Below are positions 10,163-19,219 of a stretch of DNA of 64,000 nucleotides, one piece after another. The notes below the pieces were generated by a model. It searched no databases. It was given only the letters and a program-made list of their open reading frames with translations, and was not told the origin of the DNA. The position numbers and the translations under genes were made by a program. Location of the stretch: the IMG/VR virus record IMGVR_UViG_3300012209_000001, one strand, 5' to 3'. Origin of the DNA: an uncultured virus (IMG/VR IMGVR_UViG_3300012209_000001) (taxonomy: Duplodnaviria > Heunggongvirae > Uroviricota > Caudoviricetes). How positions within the stretch are numbered: the first letter of the stretch is position 1; each line of letters begins with the position of its first letter.

Positions 10163-10947
10163 TTAGCCCATGATTATTTGTGTGCCCCTGGCTGGCAATC
10201 GTTGTGGTTGCTGTTGTTGTGCCTGTGGCGTTCCTGTAAAGCCCTTGAACTGTTCTACAAACTTTGGATCTGTCGTGTCAACAACAGGCTCTTCATCATT
10301 GTCAATAGGGCTTGCTTGTGCCTTCTTATCGCCATTAAACGCCAGCACAATGGCTTGCCTGAGCATGGCTATCTGCCTCTCTTCCTCCATCTGTTCATAA
10401 ACAATCCAGTTGGTTAGTTCCACGCTACTCTGATCTGCCAGAAGATCTGCTACATGCTGATAATGCAGATCTTTTGTAAGCCGATGGACATAGAAGAGAT
10501 CAGAGCACTCTAGTTTTTTTTGATTTGCTCCACTGTGCTTGAAAGCATTCCTGAAAGCCGCAAAATAGCCAGTGCGAGCCGTTCAATAGCTCCACCGTCC
10601 ACCTGGCGCATCAGCAAATCACGATGGGATTCAGTGAAGATCTTGCGCTGTGTTGTCGGATTGTAACAACCCGCCATGATAATCTGAGCAAACACATTGC
10701 GATAATCTGTTTTCTTTGATTTTTCATCATAAGCAAACATCTGGATTTTGATACGTGTCTCTGCATTCATTGCCCGGCAAAGCACTTTTACGCCCCACTC
10801 AGGGACCTCAATCACTTCCTCCGCAGGCTTTTTAGCAAGGATGTGTTTTAAGAACGCCTGATCATCATCAAAGGCTTTCCACGTATCATCATGCCCATTG
10901 GCCGATACCACTTCTTGTGTCGTGTCAATCTCGGCTGTTTCTGTCAT
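10163..10947 (-). CDS. Tail assembly chaperones G (10510-10947) and GT via -1 programmed frameshift
   Basis: G ends ATC AAA AAA AAC TAG (slippery A AAA AAC at 10513-10519). The -1 frame is open (LECSDLFYVHRLTKDLHYQHVADLLADQSSVELTNW...) into ORF 10163-10423. Confidence 0.85.
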
Positions 10948-10968
10948 AAATTGTTGTTTGCTTTCTTG

Positions 10969-11667
10969 CTATTCCTGTATAACCGTAGTTGTAGAGAATG
11001 TGTTCGATGTCACCATGTAGACCGGCCCGGTTGCCGAGAAATTGACTGATTGCTTATCCACATCATTGGACACGATGGTATCCATGATGCTCGTTGGGAA
11101 AGCGTAGAATTGCCAACGCTTGCCGTTCGCCTCATCCCACCAGAGTTGACATGAGATAATTCCACCAGAGATGTTCGTTGCGCCAACCCCTGTCACCATC
11201 TCATTCAAAATCCTGGCGTCATATCTGAAACAATCCACCGAAAACGTCATGTTTTTAATGGTTGCCAGATTGATGGCCCAATTGCCCGATGCCTGAAACG
11301 GCGTCACGTCCTTGGTTTGGCCCTTCATCTGCATCTTCCAGGCATGCGAACCATCCAGGGCGGTCATGGTAAAGTAACTACCTGCATTGATGCGTGTGAA
11401 GTTATTGGTGCCTGGCACTCTGGCCGTGTTAAACACAATCTCGCCAACAGGCCAATACATGATGTAATCAGTGACAGTGGCCCATCCAGAACTCCCGTTC
11501 GGCGAATTCTGCACCGTGAAGGTTTGAGTCGGGTCCCACGTCTGGTGGGTCGCTGTAAAATAGTGGATGTGATCGCCGGAATCGGTACAAGACTCCGGCG
11601 AGCCCAATGCTGTAGGTGGACTGGTCGAAGTCCAAACATCCCCATTTATCCCGGCAATTGCACTCAT
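10969..11667 (-). CDS. Tail tube-like protein 2 (paralog with N-terminal insertion)
   Basis: Shares KDVTPFxASGNWxxNLATxK with the upstream gene. Confidence 0.65.
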   Translation of the reverse strand: MSAIAGINGDVWTSTSPPTALGSPESCTDSGDHIHYFTATHQTWDPTQTFTVQNSPNGSSGWATVTDYIMYWPVGEIVFNTARVPGTNNFTRINAGSYFTMTALDGSHAWKMQMKGQTKDVTPFQASGNWAINLATIKNMTFSVDCFRYDARILNEMVTGVGATNISGGIISCQLWWDEANGKRWQFYAFPTSIMDTIVSNDVDKQSVNFSATGPVYMVTSNTFSTTTVIQE

Positions 11668-11688
11668 TATATAATCCTATACACTATT

Positions 11689-12072
11689 TTACGAATACGT
11701 GATTGCGCCTGTGCCTGTGAAGCTGAAATCTACCGTTTCTGCGTTCTGGACATCGACGTTTGGGTCAATGCCCGTAAGTATTGCCGACCCAGTAAATGCG
11801 TGCGGGGTACTTTGAATAGTGAACGTCATCGAAACCGTTGAATTGAGTAGCGCAAACAAATTTGTTTGCGCCGTATCGCTCGAATCGATAAAGGCGGTGA
11901 TCTTTCCAGACCAGGATTTGAGTGTGGCGAGGTTCACCGTCCAGTTGCCCGAAGCCCCAAAAGGCGTGACATCTTTTGTTGCACCTTTTAGTGATAATGT
12001 CCACTTAGATGCATCGGTGAATGCAGTTGCGGCTTCTGACACAGAAGCCCCGATACCTGCGAGTGCAGCCAA
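11689..12072 (-). CDS. Major tail tube protein (127 aa)
   Basis: Likely TTG start at 12072 after AAGGAG; tube-like motifs (KWTLS, DVTPFG, SWSG, FTG); upstream of the chaperones. Confidence 0.75.
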   Translation of the reverse strand: MAALAGIGASVSEAATAFTDASKWTLSLKGATKDVTPFGASGNWTVNLATLKSWSGKITAFIDSSDTAQTNLFALLNSTVSMTFTIQSTPHAFTGSAILTGIDPNVDVQNAETVDFSFTGTGAITYS

Positions 12073-12113
12073 TTTTTTACTCCTTCTTAAAGGTAAAGGA
12101 GGATATGGCACAT

Positions 12114-12186
12114 AAAAACAAGCCATACCTCGAAATGTCAATTTTCGATCGGTATGGCCTCTAGGACTCCGGGTGTGTATTCAGTT
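12114..12186 (-). terminator. Terminator/attenuator preceded by AACTGAATA
   Basis: Stem GCCATACC...GGTATGGC followed by TTGTTTTT; AACTGAATA at 12178-12186. Confidence 0.6.
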
Positions 12187-12200
12187 ATAAAATCTATATA

Positions 12201-12413
12201 TTATCTCCGGTCAGCGATATCTGACCACAAAATGTGATGTTCCATATGACAGCCGCGACACCAGCACCATTGTCCACCTGATACACTCGCTAACTGTGTA
12301 AGACTTGCCGTGTCAATACGTGTGAGCAGCTTCTTTGTCTGCTTGCAAAAGATCGGTGTGCGTTCTAGTTGAGTGCTGGCTCCATTATACTGTATACTTG
12401 TGTTTGTTGCCAT
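12201..12413 (-). CDS. Small Cys/His zinc-ribbon protein (Mu Com-like?)
   Basis: CKQTKKLL ... WCWCRGCHMEH pattern; 70 aa. Confidence 0.5.
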   Translation of the reverse strand: MATNTSIQYNGASTQLERTPIFCKQTKKLLTRIDTASLTQLASVSGGQWCWCRGCHMEHHILWSDIADRR

Positions 12414-12827
12414 CTAATCTCCCAGATCGTCTACGGCTTTTTCGAGATATTTCCCAACATTTCCCTTAAGGAATTCCACAAGTTTCTCGCTCATAAATTT
12501 ACCTGGAACATGGGATATTCTTTTTGCAGGAATAATGCGCCCATGTCGTCTAAAGTATGATCTTGTGCGATGCCCACGATCCACAAACGGAAAGTAAAAA
12601 ACGGCATTCCTAAACGTAATACTCAGCCCTCCCACATCTCCTGCATTCCCCCCTTTCAACCTACCCGACCTCACAGGCGTTACGGCATCCAAGGCATCTT
12701 TTCCAGCCCTGCCTAACGCTTGTGTTTGGTTCTCAAGATTATTGGTTAATTTCTCACCCATCGTTGAGAAACGCGAGATGGCTCCATCTAGCCCTTCCCA
12801 CTCAATAGTGACTGTGTAGCCCATCAT
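12414..12827 (-). CDS. HK97 gp10-like neck/tail component
   Basis: TPVRSGRL and YFPFVDRGH motifs; position in operon. Confidence 0.75.
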   Translation of the reverse strand: MMGYTVTIEWEGLDGAISRFSTMGEKLTNNLENQTQALGRAGKDALDAVTPVRSGRLKGGNAGDVGGLSITFRNAVFYFPFVDRGHRTRSYFRRHGRIIPAKRISHVPGKFMSEKLVEFLKGNVGKYLEKAVDDLGD

Positions 12828-13153
12828 GACACCTCCGAGACGATAGCAGAGAATGACAATTCAATATTATCGCGTAGTGTGACTTTTTCGGTTGGGCAGG
12901 GACCATCAGGTTCTACCAGATCAAAGCGATAGAGCGTAATTTTCACCTGAATGATATCTTGGGGTTCAACGATCAATTCAAGCTTGCACGCATTGTCTAC
13001 CGTCTCATCGTCAGCAATAATTATCAGAGCGTGCGCAACAGGTAATCCATTCTTTTTAGGCGCTGGACACTCAATTCTCACACGTCGCCCAACCAATTCC
13101 TCAGCAGTAAAATTGCGTCCTTTGGCACCGCCAGCCTGAATTGTAACCATCAA
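12824..13153 (-). CDS. Hypothetical protein
   Basis: Overlapping start/stop with neighbours. Confidence 0.55.
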   Translation of the reverse strand: MMVTIQAGGAKGRNFTAEELVGRRVRIECPAPKKNGLPVAHALIIIADDETVDNACKLELIVEPQDIIQVKITLYRFDLVEPDGPCPTEKVTLRDNIELSFSAIVSEVS

Positions 13154-13359
13154 CCTTGCCCTCCTGCAACTTGCACCGTCTCATCAATTAGCGACTTCAG
13201 TTGCTCATCAGGCAGAGAGAGCGCGTAGAGCACCCCGCAAATGAGAAGACCTTTTATACGCAGCATCACTATCTCATCTTCACCAGGCTCTATCTGAAAA
13301 TCTGGATAGCCCGAACCTGTAAGCTTCTCATGTAGTTCTTGTTCTTGCTCCGGTGCCAT
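13150..13359 (-). CDS. Hypothetical protein (MAPEQE...)
   Basis: AGGAGG RBS before ATG 13359. Confidence 0.55.
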   Translation of the reverse strand: MAPEQEQELHEKLTGSGYPDFQIEPGEDEIVMLRIKGLLICGVLYALSLPDEQLKSLIDETVQVAGGQG

Positions 13360-13369
13360 GCGTGCCTCC

Positions 13370-13813
13370 TTAGTTGGCATTGTTCCATATGTGCCAACTC
13401 CCTTCGATGTGTCGGGTAATATCATCAGGCTCAGGTATTTTTTTTGCCGACAGGAACATTACCCCGTTTGTCGCATTGGTAAAGTTGCCACCAAGTAGGT
13501 TCAGTGTCTTCGCTTCAATCACGCTGTTAATCACGTCAAGGATTGTCATGGTTTCCTGATACGATTGTTGGCTATAGATATGGATAATAAAATCAATCTG
13601 CTTACTTGGCTTCTGGAATTGATACCAGTTTGTTTCGACATGATCGCCAAACGCCACATAGGGAAACGCTTGATTGATTTGTGACGCTGGATTGAGCAGG
13701 GCTGTATCCAAAGGTCCACCACAGATGGTAGGAAAGGTAGCGTCAGACGTGAGAGCGGTTTGAATTGCATTTTGTGTAACCAGGAGTGATGAATGACCTG
13801 TGATGGTCGTCAT
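13370..13813 (-). CDS. Tail terminator / completion protein (DUF3168-like)
   Basis: AFPYVAFG, IHIYS and EPDDITRH motifs; ATG 13813. Confidence 0.75.
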   Translation of the reverse strand: MTTITGHSSLLVTQNAIQTALTSDATFPTICGGPLDTALLNPASQINQAFPYVAFGDHVETNWYQFQKPSKQIDFIIHIYSQQSYQETMTILDVINSVIEAKTLNLLGGNFTNATNGVMFLSAKKIPEPDDITRHIEGSWHIWNNAN

Positions 13814-14136
13814 GTTCCCCTCCTTGTGCGAACAGCTGCAAACTTCCAATCACCAGTCGTGATATCACAAGATGGATCACTGATGATCTGCCATCTTCGG
13901 TACAGGCCAGTCGTAGCGTCAGTACTGACCTGATCAATAATGTAATCCTCAAACAAGATGAGTTGTGGATTGTTGAGTGGCAGCATGGTTGTATAGCAGT
14001 TTACATACAAAAGTTGATCAATCCCTTGCTGTGCAGCCACAAGTGGAGTGACTTTAGACATCTGTACGATAATGTTGCTTGCTATTGGATCTGTAACATT
14101 CGTACGTAAAATATTACAAATGACATCCTCGGCCAA
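13810..14136 (-). CDS. Putative head-closure protein
   Basis: Size and position before the tail terminator. Confidence 0.45.
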   Translation of the reverse strand: MAEDVICNILRTNVTDPIASNIIVQMSKVTPLVAAQQGIDQLLYVNCYTTMLPLNNPQLILFEDYIIDQVSTDATTGLYRRWQIISDPSCDITTGDWKFAAVRTRRGT

Positions 14137-14157
14137 ACCATTTCTCCGCTTTCGCCA

Positions 14158-14231
14158 TAAAAAAACGCCACAACCGTTGCAGGTGTGGCGTGATAGCTCG
14201 TAGACTTCCCTCTATTGCTCATAGTATAGCA
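14158..14231 (-). promoter_or_regulatory. Extended -10 promoter followed by motif-bearing terminator
   Basis: TGCTATACT (14223-14231), then CGAGCTATCACGCCAC...GTGGCG-T7. Confidence 0.65.
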
Positions 14232-14247
14232 TGAATCGGCTCTGTTA

Positions 14248-14574
14248 TCACCTCGCAATAATATTGAATGAGATGCCATCGGATGGATAAGGACCGGTAA
14301 CAAAAGTTGCCACGACGTACAAGAGGTACGCCCCAGCCGTTGCCACATCCTGCGAAACGAACTGGTACTGCACGACTCCCTGTAGGGCATTCATGATGGT
14401 AAATGTGCCTCCACCGGTAATGTCTGAGCCCCCGGTAGCCGGATGGAGCAACAATGCAAGATTTGCACCAACCAATCCGGTCATATCCACCGGTTGCTTA
14501 TTGTCTTTCGTACAAATGATGGTCAATTGCGGTGTTGTCTGCCCTACTCCCCACTGAACTGGTGCTTGTCTCAT
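14248..14574 (-). CDS. BppU N-terminal-like structural protein
   Basis: PVDMTG...GVVQYQF...D...AG pattern. Confidence 0.55.
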   Translation of the reverse strand: MRQAPVQWGVGQTTPQLTIICTKDNKQPVDMTGLVGANLALLLHPATGGSDITGGGTFTIMNALQGVVQYQFVSQDVATAGAYLLYVVATFVTGPYPSDGISFNIIAR

Positions 14575-14592
14575 TTTTTACTCTTTCTTTTC

Positions 14593-17295
14593 CTATCTAA
14601 ACTTAGCAGTCAATACACCGTCACGATAGGTCGTTGCCGCAATGACGTTGTTACGGAAGGTTGCGAAGATGACACCGTCACGGAAAGTTGCCGTGACAAC
14701 TCCACTGTGGAACAACGCAGATATAACGCCATCACGAAAGGTTGCTTGAAGGATAACTTGTGCAATGAATTGTGGTGGCAGTTCCGCAGTCTGGAATGTC
14801 TCAATAATTGTGAGCAAATCAGTCCACCTGATTTGCTCTGCCGCCAGTAATTGATCAAGCGCGGTCTGCAGTTCTAGCGAAATGAAGGTGCTGATAATCC
14901 GCATACCATCCGAGACGATGAGCACATCACTGGTAGATATGCCGCTAGATGACACTGAGAGGTCGCTGAGTATGGTTGTGTCGATAGGGAGGTATCTATC
15001 AGTAAGCAGGTCTGTATCACTCGCTACGAGCGGCTCAGTCGTACTCATTAACAGTGCATAGGATGCGGTATCAATGGCGATCAATCCATCAACCGGCCAC
15101 CTTTGCATATTGCTAAAATCGCTGGAGGTCAAGGTATCAGTTGGGAGCGTTTTGTCAATTGCCAGGATGGAATCAACTGTCGCAAGGCTCTCGGTTTGTA
15201 TTGTGCCTGACACCATTACGTATGTATCCGTTACAGTTAGATTATCCACAAACGTCATCTGATTGTTGGTGACGCTCGTTATAACTTGTGTCCAGACGGC
15301 ACTATCACTTACACTGAGCGCATCAGTTGTATTGTATCCATCTATCTCCAGAGGCGTAGAGGTTGCTGTAAACCCATCAAAAAGGATACTTCCATCCGTG
15401 GAAAGTGAGGTATCGGCAATGGTCAGTGCATCAACCGGCCTGGCCGTGTCCATCGCAATAACACTATCCACAATGCTGCTTGGCTCTGTGAATAACCCAC
15501 TTTCAACACCCAAAACAACGTCTGCAACACTGTTGGCATCAGTGAATAACCCAACAGTTGTTGAGAGGATGTTCTCAGTGACAGAGAGCACATCGAGAGG
15601 AGTGGTACGCTCTATGTAGAGCGTGGTGTCACTCACTGTAAGAAGATCAATTCCCCATGCTTGCAGGTTCCCAAGATCAGTAATGGTCAGTGTATCAGCA
15701 ACACCTGCGCCATCTGTTATGAGCACAGTATCAGTAACAGCAAGTCCATCAGTCGGAATGGCTACCTGAATAACGCTAAGGGCGTCGGTAACAACAAGGT
15801 CATCTTCAAACGTCATCAGATTCGTGTTGACGCCTAGACTGACCTGTGTCCAGACCGCGCTATCACTGATGAGATTCACTTCATTTTGTACGATTGGGAA
15901 ATCAATCGTACCAGCAAAAGCACGCATCACCCAGTTTTGTGTCGGTGGGAGATTGCTCAGGATAAGCGTGTAGAATGGGCTATCGGCATTTGTGAGCGCT
16001 TCAGCCCGTATCGTTGTATCGGTTATCAGCGCCGCATCTACAACACTGTTACTATCAATCAGCACCGTGCTATCAGTAAACAGTGCCGTCTCTGTACCAG
16101 TAAGCGCATCAAGCGAGAGGGCCATTGAGATGGCAAACAATGTATCAACACCTGAGAGTGCGTCTATGGATAGGGCAACCGTTGTGTTGAATACTGTGTC
16201 TGTAAGAGTGAGTGTGTCAATAAATAGGGCTACATTTATTGTGAGGGGCGTGCTATCAGAGGCTACAAGCGCGTCCACCAGCGATGCACTATCACTAGCC
16301 AGTGTGGTATCTATAGCGGTTAACGCATCAACAGGAATGACATTATCAGCAACAAGTACCGTATCGGCAATGGTCAGTGCATCAACCGGCCATGCTTGTA
16401 TCTCTCCTCTATCAGTAATTGTATTGGCATCAATTGACAGTGCCGTATCAGTTTGCAGAAGTGTATCGCCAACAGCAAGAGTCTCTATACTCAGGTAAGT
16501 CGTTGTCTGGACCAGCGTATCAGTAGCACTTAAACCATTATCCTGCGGCCAGTTCAGTACGTTCTCAAAATCCTGTACATATATTCCTGCAGCGTAGTGT
16601 GTAGCAACCTGAGTACTGTTGAGTGCTTTGCGATACACAACAGCTTCATTGATGTTCCCTGTAAAAGTGTCATTGACTGTGAATGGATAGGTTGCTGGTG
16701 TTGGGTTGCTGGTGATCGCTTGCGATGTTGAAAGCACACCATCAACATAAAATAAAATTGAAGCACCGTCAAAGACACCAACAAGGTGATGCCATTTATT
16801 AACGGCAAGTGAGTTATCATACCCAAAGGCATAGGTGGAAGAGTTACTTAATTGTGCAATTAAGAAGAGTGCCGAATTCGTTGGGGCAGTCGTCAAATAC
16901 ATCCAGCACTCGACACTCCAGACGGGCCAGCCAGTAGGATCGAGAGTAATCGGAGAAGTTACTTCTCCCCCAGAGGAAAACCCTATAGAAGTTTCGCTGC
17001 TACTAGCAATGGCTCCAGGTTGATTATAGGAAATCCCTGAAGAGCTATAAGAAGCATTTTGGCTATTGAGGCTAGAATCAATAGCAACTAAACCAGAAGA
17101 TTCATTCAGACGGTAATAGGCAGCAGGCACGTCTGAGAGAATCGTTGCCGCATAATTTGCCAGTGCATCCTGAAAAATCATCCGGTTGTTTACAGGATAA
17201 TCGAGTGTAGCCGCAAAAGAGCGAATATCCCAATGCCCTGCTAAAAGGTCTGTATCAATTGTACCAGCGAAGGCGCGTTCAATCCATGTTGGCAT
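14593..17295 (-). CDS. LamG/ConA-domain fibre protein with long Asp/Thr repeat stalk (900 aa)
   Basis: AYYRLNESSG, WHHLVGVFDG, INEAVVYRKAL motifs; repeated DxLxxxD; exact 31-bp duplication at 15410-15440 and 16361-16391. Confidence 0.8.
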   Translation of the reverse strand: MPTWIERAFAGTIDTDLLAGHWDIRSFAATLDYPVNNRMIFQDALANYAATILSDVPAAYYRLNESSGLVAIDSSLNSQNASYSSSGISYNQPGAIASSSETSIGFSSGGEVTSPITLDPTGWPVWSVECWMYLTTAPTNSALFLIAQLSNSSTYAFGYDNSLAVNKWHHLVGVFDGASILFYVDGVLSTSQAITSNPTPATYPFTVNDTFTGNINEAVVYRKALNSTQVATHYAAGIYVQDFENVLNWPQDNGLSATDTLVQTTTYLSIETLAVGDTLLQTDTALSIDANTITDRGEIQAWPVDALTIADTVLVADNVIPVDALTAIDTTLASDSASLVDALVASDSTPLTINVALFIDTLTLTDTVFNTTVALSIDALSGVDTLFAISMALSLDALTGTETALFTDSTVLIDSNSVVDAALITDTTIRAEALTNADSPFYTLILSNLPPTQNWVMRAFAGTIDFPIVQNEVNLISDSAVWTQVSLGVNTNLMTFEDDLVVTDALSVIQVAIPTDGLAVTDTVLITDGAGVADTLTITDLGNLQAWGIDLLTVSDTTLYIERTTPLDVLSVTENILSTTVGLFTDANSVADVVLGVESGLFTEPSSIVDSVIAMDTARPVDALTIADTSLSTDGSILFDGFTATSTPLEIDGYNTTDALSVSDSAVWTQVITSVTNNQMTFVDNLTVTDTYVMVSGTIQTESLATVDSILAIDKTLPTDTLTSSDFSNMQRWPVDGLIAIDTASYALLMSTTEPLVASDTDLLTDRYLPIDTTILSDLSVSSSGISTSDVLIVSDGMRIISTFISLELQTALDQLLAAEQIRWTDLLTIIETFQTAELPPQFIAQVILQATFRDGVISALFHSGVVTATFRDGVIFATFRNNVIAATTYRDGVLTAKFR

Positions 17296-17344
17296 ACTAC
17301 GCTCCTTCTACCCGATACACTCTAGTCAAAAACTATTACCTCTT

Positions 17345-17842
17345 CTAAGTCCCGATTAAAGATGCGGAAAAAGTAAACGAGGGACTTGTTCCTGTTATCA
17401 CCCAGCGCAGCCTGATAACAGTTCCTATACTTTGTGCTATAGCACATCCTGGACCTATAGAAGTGCTGACCATTGCTACTGCGGTTTGTGGTGGACTCTG
17501 CCAAAGTGGATAGTAAATACCATCCACTCCTTTCCTGTCCACATAAAATACTGCCGTTGGTGTTACTGTTCCAGAAATGACTGTAATATTGATGTCAACA
17601 GAAACTTCTCCATAGGCAGTAACAGCTAAATCAGCACTATTCCCATTTGTTGTTTGAGCAGCACTGACCTGGTTCAATAAACTTGCCGACGCCTCCTGGA
17701 AAACTGCCGCTGCTGATTGATTACTTGAGCCATCAGTGTTGGTAATTACTGAGCCTTGCAGGGCTACAAAACCAACACCCGGAACATATGTTTGTGCGAT
17801 AGGGACATTGCCAGAGTCCCTAATTGATGATCCAAATGCCAC
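17345..17842 (-). CDS. Virion structural protein (165 aa)
   Basis: GAGGAGG RBS; resembles the C-terminal domain of 25238-26572. Confidence 0.6.
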   Translation of the reverse strand: MAFGSSIRDSGNVPIAQTYVPGVGFVALQGSVITNTDGSSNQSAAAVFQEASASLLNQVSAAQTTNGNSADLAVTAYGEVSVDINITVISGTVTPTAVFYVDRKGVDGIYYPLWQSPPQTAVAMVSTSIGPGCAIAQSIGTVIRLRWVITGTSPSFTFSASLIGT

Positions 17843-17877
17843 TTATACGCCTCCTCACTAGTTAGTGTTAACACTAA

Positions 17878-19206
17878 CTATTCTTCTGTGAATTCCATAT
17901 ACACATCGATAGAGCCTCCGGTTACCAATGCGCTTGCAACAACAGCAAAGTACTGCGTTGTGCCTCTTAGGATAGGAGCCTGCGCCGGGCGAATACCAAA
18001 ATCCCAGGTAACAGGATTTCCCGCAACTGTCGTTAAATTGCAGCAGAGCTTTCCTGTTCGCACCGTACCTACGACTGTTCCTGTGGTTGGAGCAACGGTA
18101 TAGATGGAAGCCACAGCCGTACCAGCCGCATTTGTACTGTCGTGTGGTGTGATAACAGGCGCAGTCCCCGTTGTTCCTGCTGACGGTGCGGAGGACCATT
18201 TCACCAGAGAAATATCTATCGTCACTGCCGTTGTGCCAATACCACTCACATCGCACTTTGTTAGGCGGATAGTTTTCGTAGAGCTTCCTTGCAAAACAAA
18301 CAAGGCACCAGCCGTAGTGGCCTGCACAATAGGTACTGAAGAAGCACTATACGTTGGTTTCGCACCATCGTTAGAAGGAGTAACCTGAGCACTTCCCCCA
18401 ATCGTGACTGTTTGCTGTCTCCATGGGTATGTGGCATCTGAAACCTGAAAACTGTTTTTAGCGGTGTCTGCTAAAGTGACGGTATTCACCTGAAGGACAC
18501 CGCTACTACCAGGACCAGTGGAACCAGCAATAGCGGTGAATTTTATTGGGAGTATGTTGACATCCGGGCCTGGAGCACCTGTAGTTGTTTGAGCGACCAC
18601 ATTATCGTTTCCGTCAATAGCCCAAATAATGTTATCACCCTTATAGTACATATAGTACTTATGCGTGTTGGAGTCTGTAGGCTGTTTATTATTGCCACTA
18701 GATGAAAGGTCTTGAACAACCACGCGAGTACCTGATTGATACGTAATCGCAAACAGCTTGCCAGCCGTGGTCACTTCGAAGCCTGCCGCATTGGTTAATG
18801 GGGCTGCTGCTGTTGGTGATCCAGGGGATGTTCCAAGGCCCCAAAAGAAATATTGATTGGCGACGACCGGATACGTAATATTAATACCTGTGTAGAACAT
18901 TAACCAACCAGGGTTGACCGGGGCAAACGTTGCAACACTTTCCAGGTAAGAATAACCATTAGCTGTTGTACCAGTGCCAAGCGTCGTATTCGTTAATGCA
19001 TTAGAGGCTGCGACTCCACCGCCTGAAGCTGTTGGTGATTTCCAGCGGTTTGTTACATCTAAGGTAGAGGTATCGAACCCATCCTGGAATAACTGCGTTG
19101 GTTCCAGAGCAGCCCGGATATATCCCGGCGCAAAAATAGAAACCGGGTACGTATTTGTTGAATCGATAATATTGACCGATGGTGGTGTCTGTGATGGAAC
19201 TGGCAT
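17878..19206 (-). CDS. Virion fibre/decoration protein (442 aa), paralog of 25238-26572
   Basis: Shared ALEPxQLFQDGFD...YPWRQ domain. Confidence 0.7.
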   Translation of the reverse strand: MPVPSQTPPSVNIIDSTNTYPVSIFAPGYIRAALEPTQLFQDGFDTSTLDVTNRWKSPTASGGGVAASNALTNTTLGTGTTANGYSYLESVATFAPVNPGWLMFYTGINITYPVVANQYFFWGLGTSPGSPTAAAPLTNAAGFEVTTAGKLFAITYQSGTRVVVQDLSSSGNNKQPTDSNTHKYYMYYKGDNIIWAIDGNDNVVAQTTTGAPGPDVNILPIKFTAIAGSTGPGSSGVLQVNTVTLADTAKNSFQVSDATYPWRQQTVTIGGSAQVTPSNDGAKPTYSASSVPIVQATTAGALFVLQGSSTKTIRLTKCDVSGIGTTAVTIDISLVKWSSAPSAGTTGTAPVITPHDSTNAAGTAVASIYTVAPTTGTVVGTVRTGKLCCNLTTVAGNPVTWDFGIRPAQAPILRGTTQYFAVVASALVTGGSIDVYMEFTEE

Positions 19207-19219
19207 ATTTCCTCCCTAT

